A stretch of 64,000 nucleotides of DNA from Spirochaetota bacterium. Its GTDB lineage: Bacteria > Spirochaetota > UBA12135 > COTS27 > CAXSBA01. The stretch is taken from the NCBI GenBank assembly GCA_965224715.1, contig OZ245054.1, forward strand, positions 906,411 to 970,410. The letters run 5' to 3'. The notes beneath the pieces are model-generated. The model searched no databases and had not been told where the DNA came from. It saw nothing but the letters and a program-made list of their open reading frames with translations. This document shows, piece after piece, positions 48,798 to 58,611 of this stretch; within the stretch, counting starts at the first letter, position 1; every line of letters begins with the position of its first letter. The position numbers and the translations under genes are program-made.

Positions 48798-51700
48798 ATG
48801 AAAATTCTTGGAATTGATATGGGAATCACTTCTATTGGATGGGGCCTTATTCACTTTAATCCTCGGGAAAGAGAAGAAACTCGAATTATCGATGCCGGGG
48901 TAAGGATTTTTACCAAGGCTGAGCATCCAAAAGATGGATCTTCTCTGGCACTTCCTCGCAGAGAAGCCAGGGGAAGAAGACGAATATTAGTTAGAAAAAG
49001 GGAAAGGATGCAGAAAATCAAGGAGCTATTTATCGAGTATTTTGGTCTTGACCGTGAAAGTCTTTTTGAGATAGGGGATTACGGTTCTGGAACGATTTTT
49101 AAGGAGAAGAAGAAGAGTGATGTTTGGGAACTTAGAGATGCAGCCCTTGAAAGAAAATTAAGTCTAAAGGAGATGGCTAGAGTCCTGACCCATATCGCCA
49201 AACGCAGAGGTTATCATTCCAACAGTAAATCTGATGATTCAGAAAAAGACAAAGGTAAGGTTATTGAAGCGATTAAGGCTAATCAAGAAAATTTAAAAAA
49301 ATTAGGCTATTCTACACCGGGACAAATGATGTATCGGGAATCTCAAAAAAGTAGTTCCAAATCCGGTGATTATTTTTTACGAATTCGAAATACTACCAAT
49401 GATTATCGCCATGTAGTAACTCGGGAAATGCTCCGCGATGAAGTGGAAAAAATTTTTTCTGTTCAGAAAAAATTTTCCAAAAAATATTCTTCAGAGTTAA
49501 AGAACCGGTATTTGGATATAGCCTTTTATCAAAGACCACTCAAATCCAGCGAAGATATGGTAGGACCTTGTACTTTTGAGTCTGATGAAAAAAGGGCTCC
49601 TAAATACAGTTATAGTGCTGAACGATTTGTTTTGCTTGGCAAGATTATCAATACCATGATGATCGATGCCGGTGAAAATAATCGGTATAAAGAAAAGCGT
49701 CTCCTTGACTTCTGTCCGATGGATAAAATTCTTGAAGTCTTTCATGACCAGAAAGAGGTGAAATACCAAACTTTGAGGAAAAATTTAGAGATAGCAGATC
49801 ATCTCAAATTTAAAGATGTCAACTATAACGAGGATCCGGAGAATAAAAAGCTTCCCAAGGTAGATTCTTTTTTTAAAAAAGAGACCTGGTTAGAGAAAGA
49901 TCAAAAAGAACTCTTGACTTATAATGATAAGGAGAATCATTCACACTTTCATAAATGGATCCGAAAATATACGGACATTAGAAGGGCTTTGAAACTTGAT
50001 AAGAATTTTGAATTTATCTCTTTGAAAAGTGATTATAAGAAGCACCCTGAAAGCAAGGAATTCTACTCGCTAAAGGGGTATCATATTTTCAAAAAAGCAT
50101 TATCTTCAGAAGAATTTGAACAGTTTTTTCAAAATCTTTCGGTTTATAATGAGGTAGCTTATATCTTAACCGTAGAGCAAGGAATTAAAGAAATCCGAGA
50201 GCGTTTAGAGTCTATTCCTGGCATTTCCTCCTATATCGATAAGCTGGTCACCATTACGGGCTTTAAGGGATTTAATCATTTGTCCATTAAGGCGATGAAC
50301 AAACTTACCCCTCATCTTAGGGCTGGGAAACGATATGATGAGGCTGCTCGGGAGGTGTATGGACATCACTCGGTTAAAAAGGGAAATCAGGCTGAACTCC
50401 TGAGAATCTTGAATCGAGAAGAGAATTATCAACTTACCAACCCGGTGGTGAAACGGGCCTTCGCTCAATTTCGCAAGGTTGTTAATGCAATAGTCCGAAA
50501 GCATGGTCAGTTTGATAGCCTTCATATTGAACTAGCCCGCGAGCTAAAGCATAGTTACAAGCAACGGCAAGAAATCATACGGGGGCAAAATGAATTTAAA
50601 GGTAACAAGGATGCGGCTAAGGAAAAGTTTATAGAACTCTGTCGCAGAGAACCGGCTGCGAGTGAACTTCTAAAATTTCGTTTGTGGGAGGAACAAGAAG
50701 GGAAATCAGTTTATAGCGGTAAGCCTATCTCTATTAACGAATTGGCAAAAAACGATAAGGCTTTCGAAATTGATCATATTCTTCCTTATAGTCGAACTTT
50801 CGATAATACCCTCAATAACAAAGTTTTGGTGTTAGCAGAAGAGAATCAACATAAGAAAAACCGAACTCCCTTTGAATGGTTGGGAAAGAAAAATGAAGAC
50901 GATCCCTCCTGGCTGGAATTCAAAAGTCGATTATTCAGTTTTAAGAATTTGGGAAAAGCTAAGATTAATAAACTTTTCAATACCACCCTGTCTCAAAAAC
51001 ACGGGGAAGAATTCGATGAAGACGATCCGGAAAGTAATTTTTTCATCAATCGCAATCTCAACGATACTCAGTTCATGGCTAAGTTTATTAAAAATTTTGT
51101 GGAACAGAACCTTAAATTTGCCGATAACCCGGATGTCAAGCAAAAGGTCAAAGTGAGGAATGGGATGGTAACTTCTCATCTTGCCTATCTTTGGGGAATA
51201 GGTCGGGTGATCCAGGAAATCCTTCCTACTGAAAAAGAAGATCGAGATGGAAAAGATCCGACCAAGAAGATTCGAGATAATCACCTCCACCATGCCCTTG
51301 ATGCCCTGGTGATTGCCGCTACCACTCAAAGCGAAGTGCAGCGGATGTCCACTTATTCTGCCCGTTTTGAAGATTATCAGTTCAAAAGTAAGGAGGAGAA
51401 GGAGAAAGTTAAAAAACTGAGAACCTCCACGCCCTTCAATGACGAGGAACTGAAGCGGAAACTCTCGAATATTTTTCCTTCCTATGCTCCCCGTCGTAAG
51501 GTGACCGGAGCCGCCCATGAAGAAACCCTTTACAGTGGAAAAACTTATCAGTCAAAAAACAAATCCAAATTGGTCGGAGCTAGCCTTAAGTACCCGGTAA
51601 AACTCAACCACGGAAAGACCTTGGCTAAAAAAAGTTCCATGCCTCGTATCGATCTCTTCCGTCATGTGGAAAACAAAAAATATTTCATCGTCCCCATCTA

Positions 51701-52097
51701 TGTAGCTGACTTTGTCAAAAAACAACTGCCCAGTCATGCGATTATTGGCGGAAAAGATAAGGAAGGAAACCCCAAACCCTGGTTAGAGATGGATGATAGC
51801 TATGAGTTCATCACTTCCATCTATAAGAACGATCTCATCGAAGTGAAGACAAAGAAGGAAACAGTAAGAGGCTACTTTGATAGCGCTGACAGTAGTACCG
51901 GTACTATCTCTTTAAAATCTCCTCAAACCGGTCATCCTTTTAGGAAAGGTATGGGAATTCAAGGAGCTTTACAAGTTCGTAAATTCGAGGTCTCTCCTCT
52001 TGGTGAAATCCATGAGGTTTCCCTCCCTCAAGATCGGGTGGGAACCCTCCATGAGTTGAGAAGGATCAAGAAAGAAAAAGCAATGGATAAAAACTAA
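48798..52097 (+). CDS. cas9: Cas9 (type II-C size class, 1099 aa)
   Basis: RuvC-I MKILGIDMGITSIGWG. Arg-rich bridge helix RREARGRRRILVRKRER. HNH EIDHILPYSRTFDNTLNNKVLV...NRTPFEW. RuvC-III HHALDALVIAATT. RBS aaaggag lies 6 nt upstream. Confidence 0.95.
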   Translation: MKILGIDMGITSIGWGLIHFNPREREETRIIDAGVRIFTKAEHPKDGSSLALPRREARGRRRILVRKRERMQKIKELFIEYFGLDRESLFEIGDYGSGTIFKEKKKSDVWELRDAALERKLSLKEMARVLTHIAKRRGYHSNSKSDDSEKDKGKVIEAIKANQENLKKLGYSTPGQMMYRESQKSSSKSGDYFLRIRNTTNDYRHVVTREMLRDEVEKIFSVQKKFSKKYSSELKNRYLDIAFYQRPLKSSEDMVGPCTFESDEKRAPKYSYSAERFVLLGKIINTMMIDAGENNRYKEKRLLDFCPMDKILEVFHDQKEVKYQTLRKNLEIADHLKFKDVNYNEDPENKKLPKVDSFFKKETWLEKDQKELLTYNDKENHSHFHKWIRKYTDIRRALKLDKNFEFISLKSDYKKHPESKEFYSLKGYHIFKKALSSEEFEQFFQNLSVYNEVAYILTVEQGIKEIRERLESIPGISSYIDKLVTITGFKGFNHLSIKAMNKLTPHLRAGKRYDEAAREVYGHHSVKKGNQAELLRILNREENYQLTNPVVKRAFAQFRKVVNAIVRKHGQFDSLHIELARELKHSYKQRQEIIRGQNEFKGNKDAAKEKFIELCRREPAASELLKFRLWEEQEGKSVYSGKPISINELAKNDKAFEIDHILPYSRTFDNTLNNKVLVLAEENQHKKNRTPFEWLGKKNEDDPSWLEFKSRLFSFKNLGKAKINKLFNTTLSQKHGEEFDEDDPESNFFINRNLNDTQFMAKFIKNFVEQNLKFADNPDVKQKVKVRNGMVTSHLAYLWGIGRVIQEILPTEKEDRDGKDPTKKIRDNHLHHALDALVIAATTQSEVQRMSTYSARFEDYQFKSKEEKEKVKKLRTSTPFNDEELKRKLSNIFPSYAPRRKVTGAAHEETLYSGKTYQSKNKSKLVGASLKYPVKLNHGKTLAKKSSMPRIDLFRHVENKKYFIVPIYVADFVKKQLPSHAIIGGKDKEGNPKPWLEMDDSYEFITSIYKNDLIEVKTKKETVRGYFDSADSSTGTISLKSPQTGHPFRKGMGIQGALQVRKFEVSPLGEIHEVSLPQDRVGTLHELRRIKKEKAMDKN

Positions 52098-52165
52098 CCA
52101 TAGCTTATCAAAGTCATTAAAGAACCGGGGAGTCAATATCGAGAATTTAACTACCTTTTTTATTA

Positions 52166-53077
52166 TTGATTATGGCTTGGCGATCTGTTTCTATCACCCA
52201 TCCCGCTCATCTTTCGGTGTCTTCGGGTCGTCTCAAGATCGCCCAGGAAGAAACCCATTTCCTCCCTCTCGATGATCTTAATGCTATCATCTTGAGTCAT
52301 CCCCGGATATCTCTTACCGCTCCCCTCCTGGGACGGTTGGCAGATCACAATATTGCGGTGTTTAGTACCGATGAACGGCATCTCCCTAATGGGGTTTTTT
52401 ACTCCTTTCAGGGTCATAGTCGGCAGACCAAGATGATCAAGGAGCAGATCGGTTGGTCATTACCTTTTAAAAAAAGGATGCAGCAGAAAATCATAATCAA
52501 CAAAATCAGAAATCAGGGAGAGGTTTTAAATTACCTCTATCCCGAGACTCGTCCGGGAGAAAAGCTGTTTCCTTTAATCAAGGATGTTGATTCCGGTGAT
52601 CGCCGCAATCGAGAGTCGCAGGCTGCCAGTCAATATTTTCGAATCTTATTTCATGCCTTTAACCGTCGAGCAGACAACCTCCACAATGCGGCTCTCAATT
52701 ACGGCTATTCCTTAGTCAGGGGATTTACCGCCCGGGCAGTTGTAGCCCATGGTTTTATTCCCTGTTTGGGACTTTTTCATGATAGTGAGCTTAACTCGTT
52801 TAATTTAGCCGATGATCTCATGGAGCCTTACCGTCCCCTCGTGGATGAGAGAATATTCCAATTACTGGGAAAAGATACCCGAAAAGTATCCGACAGTGAA
52901 CTTAGCCCGGAATTAAAAAAATCTATAGCGGAGATTATTTTCACTCCCTGTCGATTGCGGGGGGAGGAATTACAGCTTCATCACAGCCTGGATGTTCTCG
53001 CTCGAAGTCTTAGCAGTGCCTCCCGGCATAATGACTACAAACGTTTTTTAGAAGTGGAGTTGATTTTATCTTCATGA
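52166..53077 (+). CDS. cas1: Cas1 (type II). TTG start in the ORF track; alternative ATG at 52172
   Basis: NAALNYGYSLVRGFTARAVVAHGFIPCLGLFHDSELNSFNLADDLMEPYRPLVD matches the type II Cas1 core. 4-nt overlap with cas2. Confidence 0.9.
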   Translation: MIMAWRSVSITHPAHLSVSSGRLKIAQEETHFLPLDDLNAIILSHPRISLTAPLLGRLADHNIAVFSTDERHLPNGVFYSFQGHSRQTKMIKEQIGWSLPFKKRMQQKIIINKIRNQGEVLNYLYPETRPGEKLFPLIKDVDSGDRRNRESQAASQYFRILFHAFNRRADNLHNAALNYGYSLVRGFTARAVVAHGFIPCLGLFHDSELNSFNLADDLMEPYRPLVDERIFQLLGKDTRKVSDSELSPELKKSIAEIIFTPCRLRGEELQLHHSLDVLARSLSSASRHNDYKRFLEVELILSS

Positions 53078-53400
53078 AAGAGGAGGATCGGTTTTTGCGT
53101 CTTTTTGTTTTTTTCGATTTACCGGTAGTGAGCGAACAGGAAAGAAGCCGAGCCGGTCGTTTCCGGCGACTACTCATTAAAAATGGTTTTTTTATGATAC
53201 AGTTCTCCATTTATTGTCGAATCTGTCGAGGACAGCAGAATGTGGATAAATATCGCAAACGGATCAAATCCTATCTCCCCCCTTACGGCAATATTCGCCT
53301 CATGCAGGTAACAGAGAAACAGTTTGAGAATATGGAAATTTTACTAGGAAAATTTAAAAAAGAAGAAAAATTTAAAGATAATCAACTTCTCCTTTTTTAA
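53074..53400 (+). CDS. cas2: Cas2
   Basis: LRLFVFFDLPVVSEQERSRAGRFRRLLIKNGFFMIQFSIY is a typical Cas2 N-terminal beta-alpha fold signature. 108 aa. Confidence 0.85.
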   Translation: MKEEDRFLRLFVFFDLPVVSEQERSRAGRFRRLLIKNGFFMIQFSIYCRICRGQQNVDKYRKRIKSYLPPYGNIRLMQVTEKQFENMEILLGKFKKEEKFKDNQLLLF

Positions 53401-53521
53401 AAAATTCAGAAAAAATTTGACTCAAGTCACAGTTTTAGCCCCTCCTCAATGTATTTTTTTGATCAAAAAAACCTTGATTTCCTAAGTTTTTCCATAGAAA
53501 ATCAGGGTTTTTTCGAGACGT

Positions 53522-55404
53522 ATTATAACACAGAAAAGGTGGTAAGTGGGCTATAACGGGGCAGATGACAAATACGGAAATATCGATATTATAACACAGA
53601 AAAGGTGGTAAGTGGGCTATAACACTGCGGGTTTTAGCTACATAGAATTAATTATTATAACACAGAAAAGGTGGTAAGTGGGCTATAACTTGAACCCCAT
53701 TATTCAGAATTTAAATAATATTATAACACAGAAAAGGTGGTAAGTGGGCTATAACGGTTATCTTGAATTCACCTATTCCTCAGATATTATAACACAGAAA
53801 AGGTGGTAAGTGGGCTATAACACTAAAGCTCAAGGGGGGTTCAAGGTAACAATTATAACACAGAAAAGGTGGTAAGTGGGCTATAACCCTGTACCTGTGT
53901 TCTTTGGTGAGGTTGCAATTATAACACAGAAAAGGTGGTAAGTGGGCTATAACATCGATTACAAACTCTTGTGCCGCCTCAAGATTATAACACAGAAAAG
54001 GTGGTAAGTGGGCTATAACGATTTAAGGAAGAAGAAGGCAGAAGCTGACATTATAACACAGAAAAGGTGGTAAGTGGGCTATAACTAGTCATAGCCACGC
54101 CTGCCACAAGGTCTCATTATAACACAGAAAAGGTGGTAAGTGGGCTATAACTTCATAGATAGTCCAATGGAAAGTGTCGATATTATAACACAGAAAAGGT
54201 GGTAAGTGGGCTATAACGATGACACCAGAGCAACAAATAAAAAAGTTATTATAACACAGAAAAGGTGGTAAGTGGGCTATAACGAATAAATACCCTTTAT
54301 GCTTATAACTCTAATTATAACACAGAAAAGGTGGTAAGTGGGCTATAACTGATACTATGAACGAAGATAGGAAAATAAAGATTATAACACAGAAAAGGTG
54401 GTAAGTGGGCTATAACGCCTCTGATTTAATATTCTTAAACGCCTCAATTATAACACAGAAAAGGTGGTAAGTGGGCTATAACCGATATATATCGCAGAAG
54501 TTACCTGTAGACATTATAACACAGAAAAGGTGGTAAGTGGGCTATAACTATTGTACTAAACTGCTACTTTTTAATTTTATTATAACACAGAAAAGGTGGT
54601 AAGTGGGCTATAACAAAGGTAATTTAAGTAGTAAGAGAGTAGCTATTATAACACAGAAAAGGTGGTAAGTGGGCTATAACTCGCACCCGTGTTAGTATTC
54701 GTGGGTGTGAATTATAACACAGAAAAGGTGGTAAGTGGGCTATAACGGCAAAAAAAAACACACCTTAAGATTATTATTATAACACAGAAAAGGTGGTAAG
54801 TGGGCTATAACCTTCGTCAAGGAGCAGTACTGACACCGATTATTATAACACAGAAAAGGTGGTAAGTGGGCTATAACATCTTGAGTTCACATACTCGGCT
54901 GAGTATGATTATAACACAGAAAAGGTGGTAAGTGGGCTATAACTCAGGGTTTGTGATGATGAACGGATCTTTAATTATAACACAGAAAAGGTGGTAAGTG
55001 GGCTATAACATATTAATAGAATACACGCCAGACTGTCAGATTATAACACAGAAAAGGTGGTAAGTGGGCTATAACCTTTGTCCCCATCGATAAGAGGTTT
55101 GTCTATTATAACACAGAAAAGGTGGTAAGTGGGCTATAACACCCCATACCCTCCCCCACCAGTTGGGGAGATTATAACACAGAAAAGGTGGTAAGTGGGC
55201 TATAACAGGTACATTGGTCTTGTGAAAGCTATCGGGATTATAACACAGAAAAGGTGGTAAGTGGGCTATAACCATTAAGTCGATGTCATGAGTTGAAAGA
55301 ACATTATAACACAGAAAAGGTGGTAAGTGGGCTATAACTCAGAGGTTACGAGTTGGTTACGAGTTGTCATTATAACACAGAAAAGGTGGTAAGTGGGCTA
55401 TAAC
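53522..55404 (-). CRISPR. CRISPR array: 29 identical 36-bp repeats and 28 spacers (29-31 bp, mostly 30). The crRNA sense is inferred to be the minus strand (repeat 5'-GTTATAGCCCACTTACCACCTTTTCTGTGTTATAAT-3')
   Basis: Repeat starts at 53522, 53588, ... 55369 (period 66). Plus-strand repeat is ATTATAACACAGAAAAGGTGGTAAGTGGGCTATAAC. The minus-sense repeat begins GTT.TAG like other type II repeats and ends in the extended -10 TGTTATAAT. Confidence 0.95.
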
Positions 55405-55424
55405 TCGGAAGGCTTATAAAAAAT

Positions 55425-55475
55425 GTCTGCGTTTATCTGCGGTAAATAAAATCGTATCCGCAGATAAACGCAGAC
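55425..55475 (-). terminator. Strong hairpin (18-bp perfect stem, 15-nt loop) followed on the minus strand by a T6 tract; likely terminator of the minus-strand ABC-transporter operon, shielding the array
   Basis: gtctgcgtttatctgcgg / ccgcagataaacgcagac. The plus strand is preceded by ttataaaaaat, which reads aTTTTTTataa on the minus strand after the stem. Confidence 0.5.
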
Positions 55476-55690
55476 GGCGGATGGTGAGATAATATACCCT
55501 TGAAGATAAAACTTTTACCTAGACTCCTTCTTAACTCTGGATGAGGGTTTGCCATTGACATCTAACATTTCTTTTTTCATAATTTTATTGCCTTTCTATA
55601 GTTATTTTTTATATTGATCTTGACTTCATTAACAGATGACAGGGGTATTCTATCAATATTTTCTTCAAAGTATCTCCAAGAGTACTATTT

Positions 55691-55726
55691 CTATAAGGTT
55701 ATAAATAACACGGAAGAGGTGGTAAA
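55691..55726. repeat. Degenerate CRISPR repeat remnant ~290 bp beyond the array
   Basis: ataaATAACACgGAAgAGGTGGTAAaTaGGttttat vs ATAACACAGAAAAGGTGGTAAGTGGGCTATAAC. Confidence 0.4.
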
Positions 55727-55803
55727 TAGGTTTTATTATTTTCTCATTATTTGTTATTTCATAAAGCATTTAAAACTTAAAGAATGTGATTGAGTACTTT
55801 TTG

Positions 55804-56910
55804 CTATACTTTAGGAAAGAAAATATAGGGTTTGTTGATTACGTGGACGGTAACCTGGTCGCCGATATTTTTTTCAAAGTCTGCCGGCATTAGTGAATAA
55901 AGGATTAAATGATCCTGATCTGAGGAATTGGGATAAGCGATTTGAACCCGATAGAGATAGCTTCCACTTTGAAATTCTTTCCCGACAATCACCCCGATGG
56001 CCGTACCTTTCTTTTTCTCTCTTCTATTCAAAATAACATTTTCCGGCCTTAGGTGAACCCTGACCTCTTGTTCTTTGTAACATTTAATATTCGACGGACT
56101 ATTGCCCTTAAAAGAAAACCAATGATTAATTGCTTGATTTTGGGAATAAATCGCTGTAACAAAGGATCCGATGCCGATGAAACCTGCTGTAAAGCAAGTA
56201 GTGGGAAAGTAATAGATTTCCTTAGGGGTTCCAAGTTGTTCCAACCGGTATTCTTGCATGACACCGACACGATGAGATATTTTAAAAGCCTCATTTTGGT
56301 CATGGGTGACAATTAAGGTAGTGATCTTCTCTTTTTGAAGAAGATACAATACCGAATCAATGATCTTGGCTTTGAGTCCCACATCTTGACTGGTGAAGGG
56401 TTCATCCATGAGGAGTAACTTGGGGCGAGGTGCGATAGAACGAGCCAAAGAGGTACGTTGCTGCTGTCCTCCGGAGATTTCATGCGGATATTTCTCAGCA
56501 AGAGGGAGGATGTCGAGGATATTCAGGATCTCTCGGATTCTTTCCTGAGTTTCAGACTTTTTTTGTGCTGCCTTGGGGATACCAAATATCACATTTTCAT
56601 ATACGGTGAGGTGGGGAAAGAGAGCATTATCTTGAAAGACCATGCCGAGTCCACGTTTTCGGGTAGGGAGTGATTTACTTGGAGTTTGTACTGTGGAACC
56701 TGAAATACAGATTTTCCCATTACAGATGTTTTCTAATCCGGCAATATTTTTAAGTAAGGTAGTTTTGCCGCAACCGGAGGGACCCAGTAGAGAAATGATC
56801 TCTTCGGGATAAATAGTAAGAGAGAAATGATCCAAAATAATTTTATTTCCGTATTTTGAAGTAATTTCTTTGATCTCTAAAACCGGTGTCATGTTTTTCA
56901 TTGTTTCCAT
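55804..56910 (-). CDS. ABC transporter ATP-binding protein (Fe3+/spermidine PotA/FbpC type)
   Basis: Walker A LLGPSGCGKTT, signature SGGQQQR, Walker B LLLMDEPF. C-terminal TOBE-like domain. Confidence 0.8.
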   Translation of the reverse strand: METMKNMTPVLEIKEITSKYGNKIILDHFSLTIYPEEIISLLGPSGCGKTTLLKNIAGLENICNGKICISGSTVQTPSKSLPTRKRGLGMVFQDNALFPHLTVYENVIFGIPKAAQKKSETQERIREILNILDILPLAEKYPHEISGGQQQRTSLARSIAPRPKLLLMDEPFTSQDVGLKAKIIDSVLYLLQKEKITTLIVTHDQNEAFKISHRVGVMQEYRLEQLGTPKEIYYFPTTCFTAGFIGIGSFVTAIYSQNQAINHWFSFKGNSPSNIKCYKEQEVRVHLRPENVILNRREKKKGTAIGVIVGKEFQSGSYLYRVQIAYPNSSDQDHLILYSLMPADFEKNIGDQVTVHVINKPYIFFPKV

Positions 56911-58565
56911 TCCAAAAAGTTGACTTCGGTTTTCCGGGCACGATCGATATGGCGGGTTAGGAGGATAACCGGGAGTAATCCCAGGAGGACAATAGTTAAA
57001 GCTGAAGGAGAAGCCAAGGTTAAATTTTCATTAGAAGCATAGGTAAAAACATGGGTAGCCAGATTTTCATAGTTTAGGGGACGGAGGATGATCATCAAGG
57101 GGAGCTCTTTCATTACATCAACGAATACAATAATGAAAGCGGTAAAGATACATTTTTTAAGTAGGGGAATATCCAGAGTTAGGGCCCGCTCCCATCGGGT
57201 CTTTCCTAAAATATTTGCGGAATGATAGATATTTTCTGAAATCTTACGATGTCCGGTTTCGATAGAACCTAGGGGAATGGTAATGAAGCGGATCACATAG
57301 GCAAAGATTACTGCCAGGAGCGTTCCTCCGATGAAAAAGATATTCTCAATAAGAACGTTGATGCTCATAACCACCGGGATAATGCCAATACCCAATAAGG
57401 TGCCGGGCAAGGCATAACCGATGGAAAAGGCGGGAAGAACAGTATGGATAACTTTTGATTTATGGGTTACTACTGTCTTGACTACCAAAAAAGCGATGAT
57501 ACAGGTAAGGGAGGCTATGAGAAAAGCTAAACTTATACTATTCCAGGAATAGAGGAGGTATTCAGTTATGGTGGTGTTGGAGTTTTGTCCTCTTAGGGTG
57601 ATGATGCTAAAGTAGATGAGGATAAGGAGTGGGATAATGAAACCGATAAGGACAGGCATTCCAGTTATAGTTATAGCCAAAGTTGCTTGAGGGAATTTAA
57701 GTTTTCGTTGAGGAAGGGGTTGCTGGTTATTTTCAAAATGTCGTTTTTTGGACCGTTGCCATTTTTCTAAATATATCATCGTTAAGATGAGAATCAAAGT
57801 GATGATAGCGATATGAATAGCTCCCTCTAAACTTCCCATATTGATCCAGAAGTTATAGGCTCCCAATGAAAGGGTAGGGATGGAAAAATAACTTACGGTT
57901 CCAAAATCAGCGAGTATTTCCATCATCACTAGAAAAACCCCTAATACAATCGCAGGACGAGTAAGAGGCCAGGAAATTTTGAAAAAAAGTTGTCGAGAGG
58001 AAAGTCCGAAAACTTGAGCGGTTTGTTGGAGAAATTGTGATTGTTCTAAAAAAGCTTTCCGGGCAAACATATAAACATAGGGGTAAAGACTAACAGCAAA
58101 AAAAACAATCGCTCCCGGCAAACTTCGGATTTCTGGAAACCAATAGTCCTGAGGTCCCCAGCCCGTCCAGGTTCGAAGAATGGTTTGAATGGGGCCGGGG
58201 TAGTCAAAAATTTCAGTGTAGATAAAAGCTATGAGGTATGAGGGGAAGGCAAAAGGAAGAAGAAGAAGCCAAATCAAATAACTTCGTCCAGGAAAACGGT
58301 AGAAAGTAACAATCCAAGCGGTAAGAATACCCAAAATGGTAGCGAGGAATCCAGATCCGATCATCAGTATCAAAGTATTACTGACATATAGGGGGAGCAT
58401 GGTTTGGTAGAGATGTTTCCATATCTCACCTTCGACATCCCAGGAACCGACCCCTAATTTAAGAATGAAGAAAACCGGGGATAGAAAAATTGAGAGGGTG
58501 ATGAAAATAATCACTCCCCGCCGATCCAAGAAATCCGGCCAGTGAAAAGGGTAATGCTTTGGCAA
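56898..58565 (-). CDS. ABC transporter permease, two-domain Fe3+ (FbpB-like) type
   Basis: 555 aa, ~12 TM. Duplicated binding-protein-dependent permease modules. 13-nt overlap with the ATPase gene. Confidence 0.75.
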   Translation of the reverse strand: MPKHYPFHWPDFLDRRGVIIFITLSIFLSPVFFILKLGVGSWDVEGEIWKHLYQTMLPLYVSNTLILMIGSGFLATILGILTAWIVTFYRFPGRSYLIWLLLLPFAFPSYLIAFIYTEIFDYPGPIQTILRTWTGWGPQDYWFPEIRSLPGAIVFFAVSLYPYVYMFARKAFLEQSQFLQQTAQVFGLSSRQLFFKISWPLTRPAIVLGVFLVMMEILADFGTVSYFSIPTLSLGAYNFWINMGSLEGAIHIAIITLILILTMIYLEKWQRSKKRHFENNQQPLPQRKLKFPQATLAITITGMPVLIGFIIPLLILIYFSIITLRGQNSNTTITEYLLYSWNSISLAFLIASLTCIIAFLVVKTVVTHKSKVIHTVLPAFSIGYALPGTLLGIGIIPVVMSINVLIENIFFIGGTLLAVIFAYVIRFITIPLGSIETGHRKISENIYHSANILGKTRWERALTLDIPLLKKCIFTAFIIVFVDVMKELPLMIILRPLNYENLATHVFTYASNENLTLASPSALTIVLLGLLPVILLTRHIDRARKTEVNFLEWKQ

Positions 58566-58611
58566 ATTTAATGGAGTGTATCTTGCAAATACCTACTGTT
58601 AAGTTGATCGA

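Noticed and set aside
53401-53521. cas2-proximal 121-bp region as a classical CRISPR leader with promoter (TTGACT at 53417)
   Set aside because: If crRNAs are made from repeat-embedded promoters on the minus strand, this end is the transcript-distal side. A plus-strand leader promoter cannot be excluded, but it is not needed to explain the locus.
55069-55275. 68-aa minus-strand ORF (MVIAHLPPFLCYN...) inside the CRISPR array
   Set aside because: This is an artefact of translating the repeated unit; the same peptide segment recurs with repeat periodicity.
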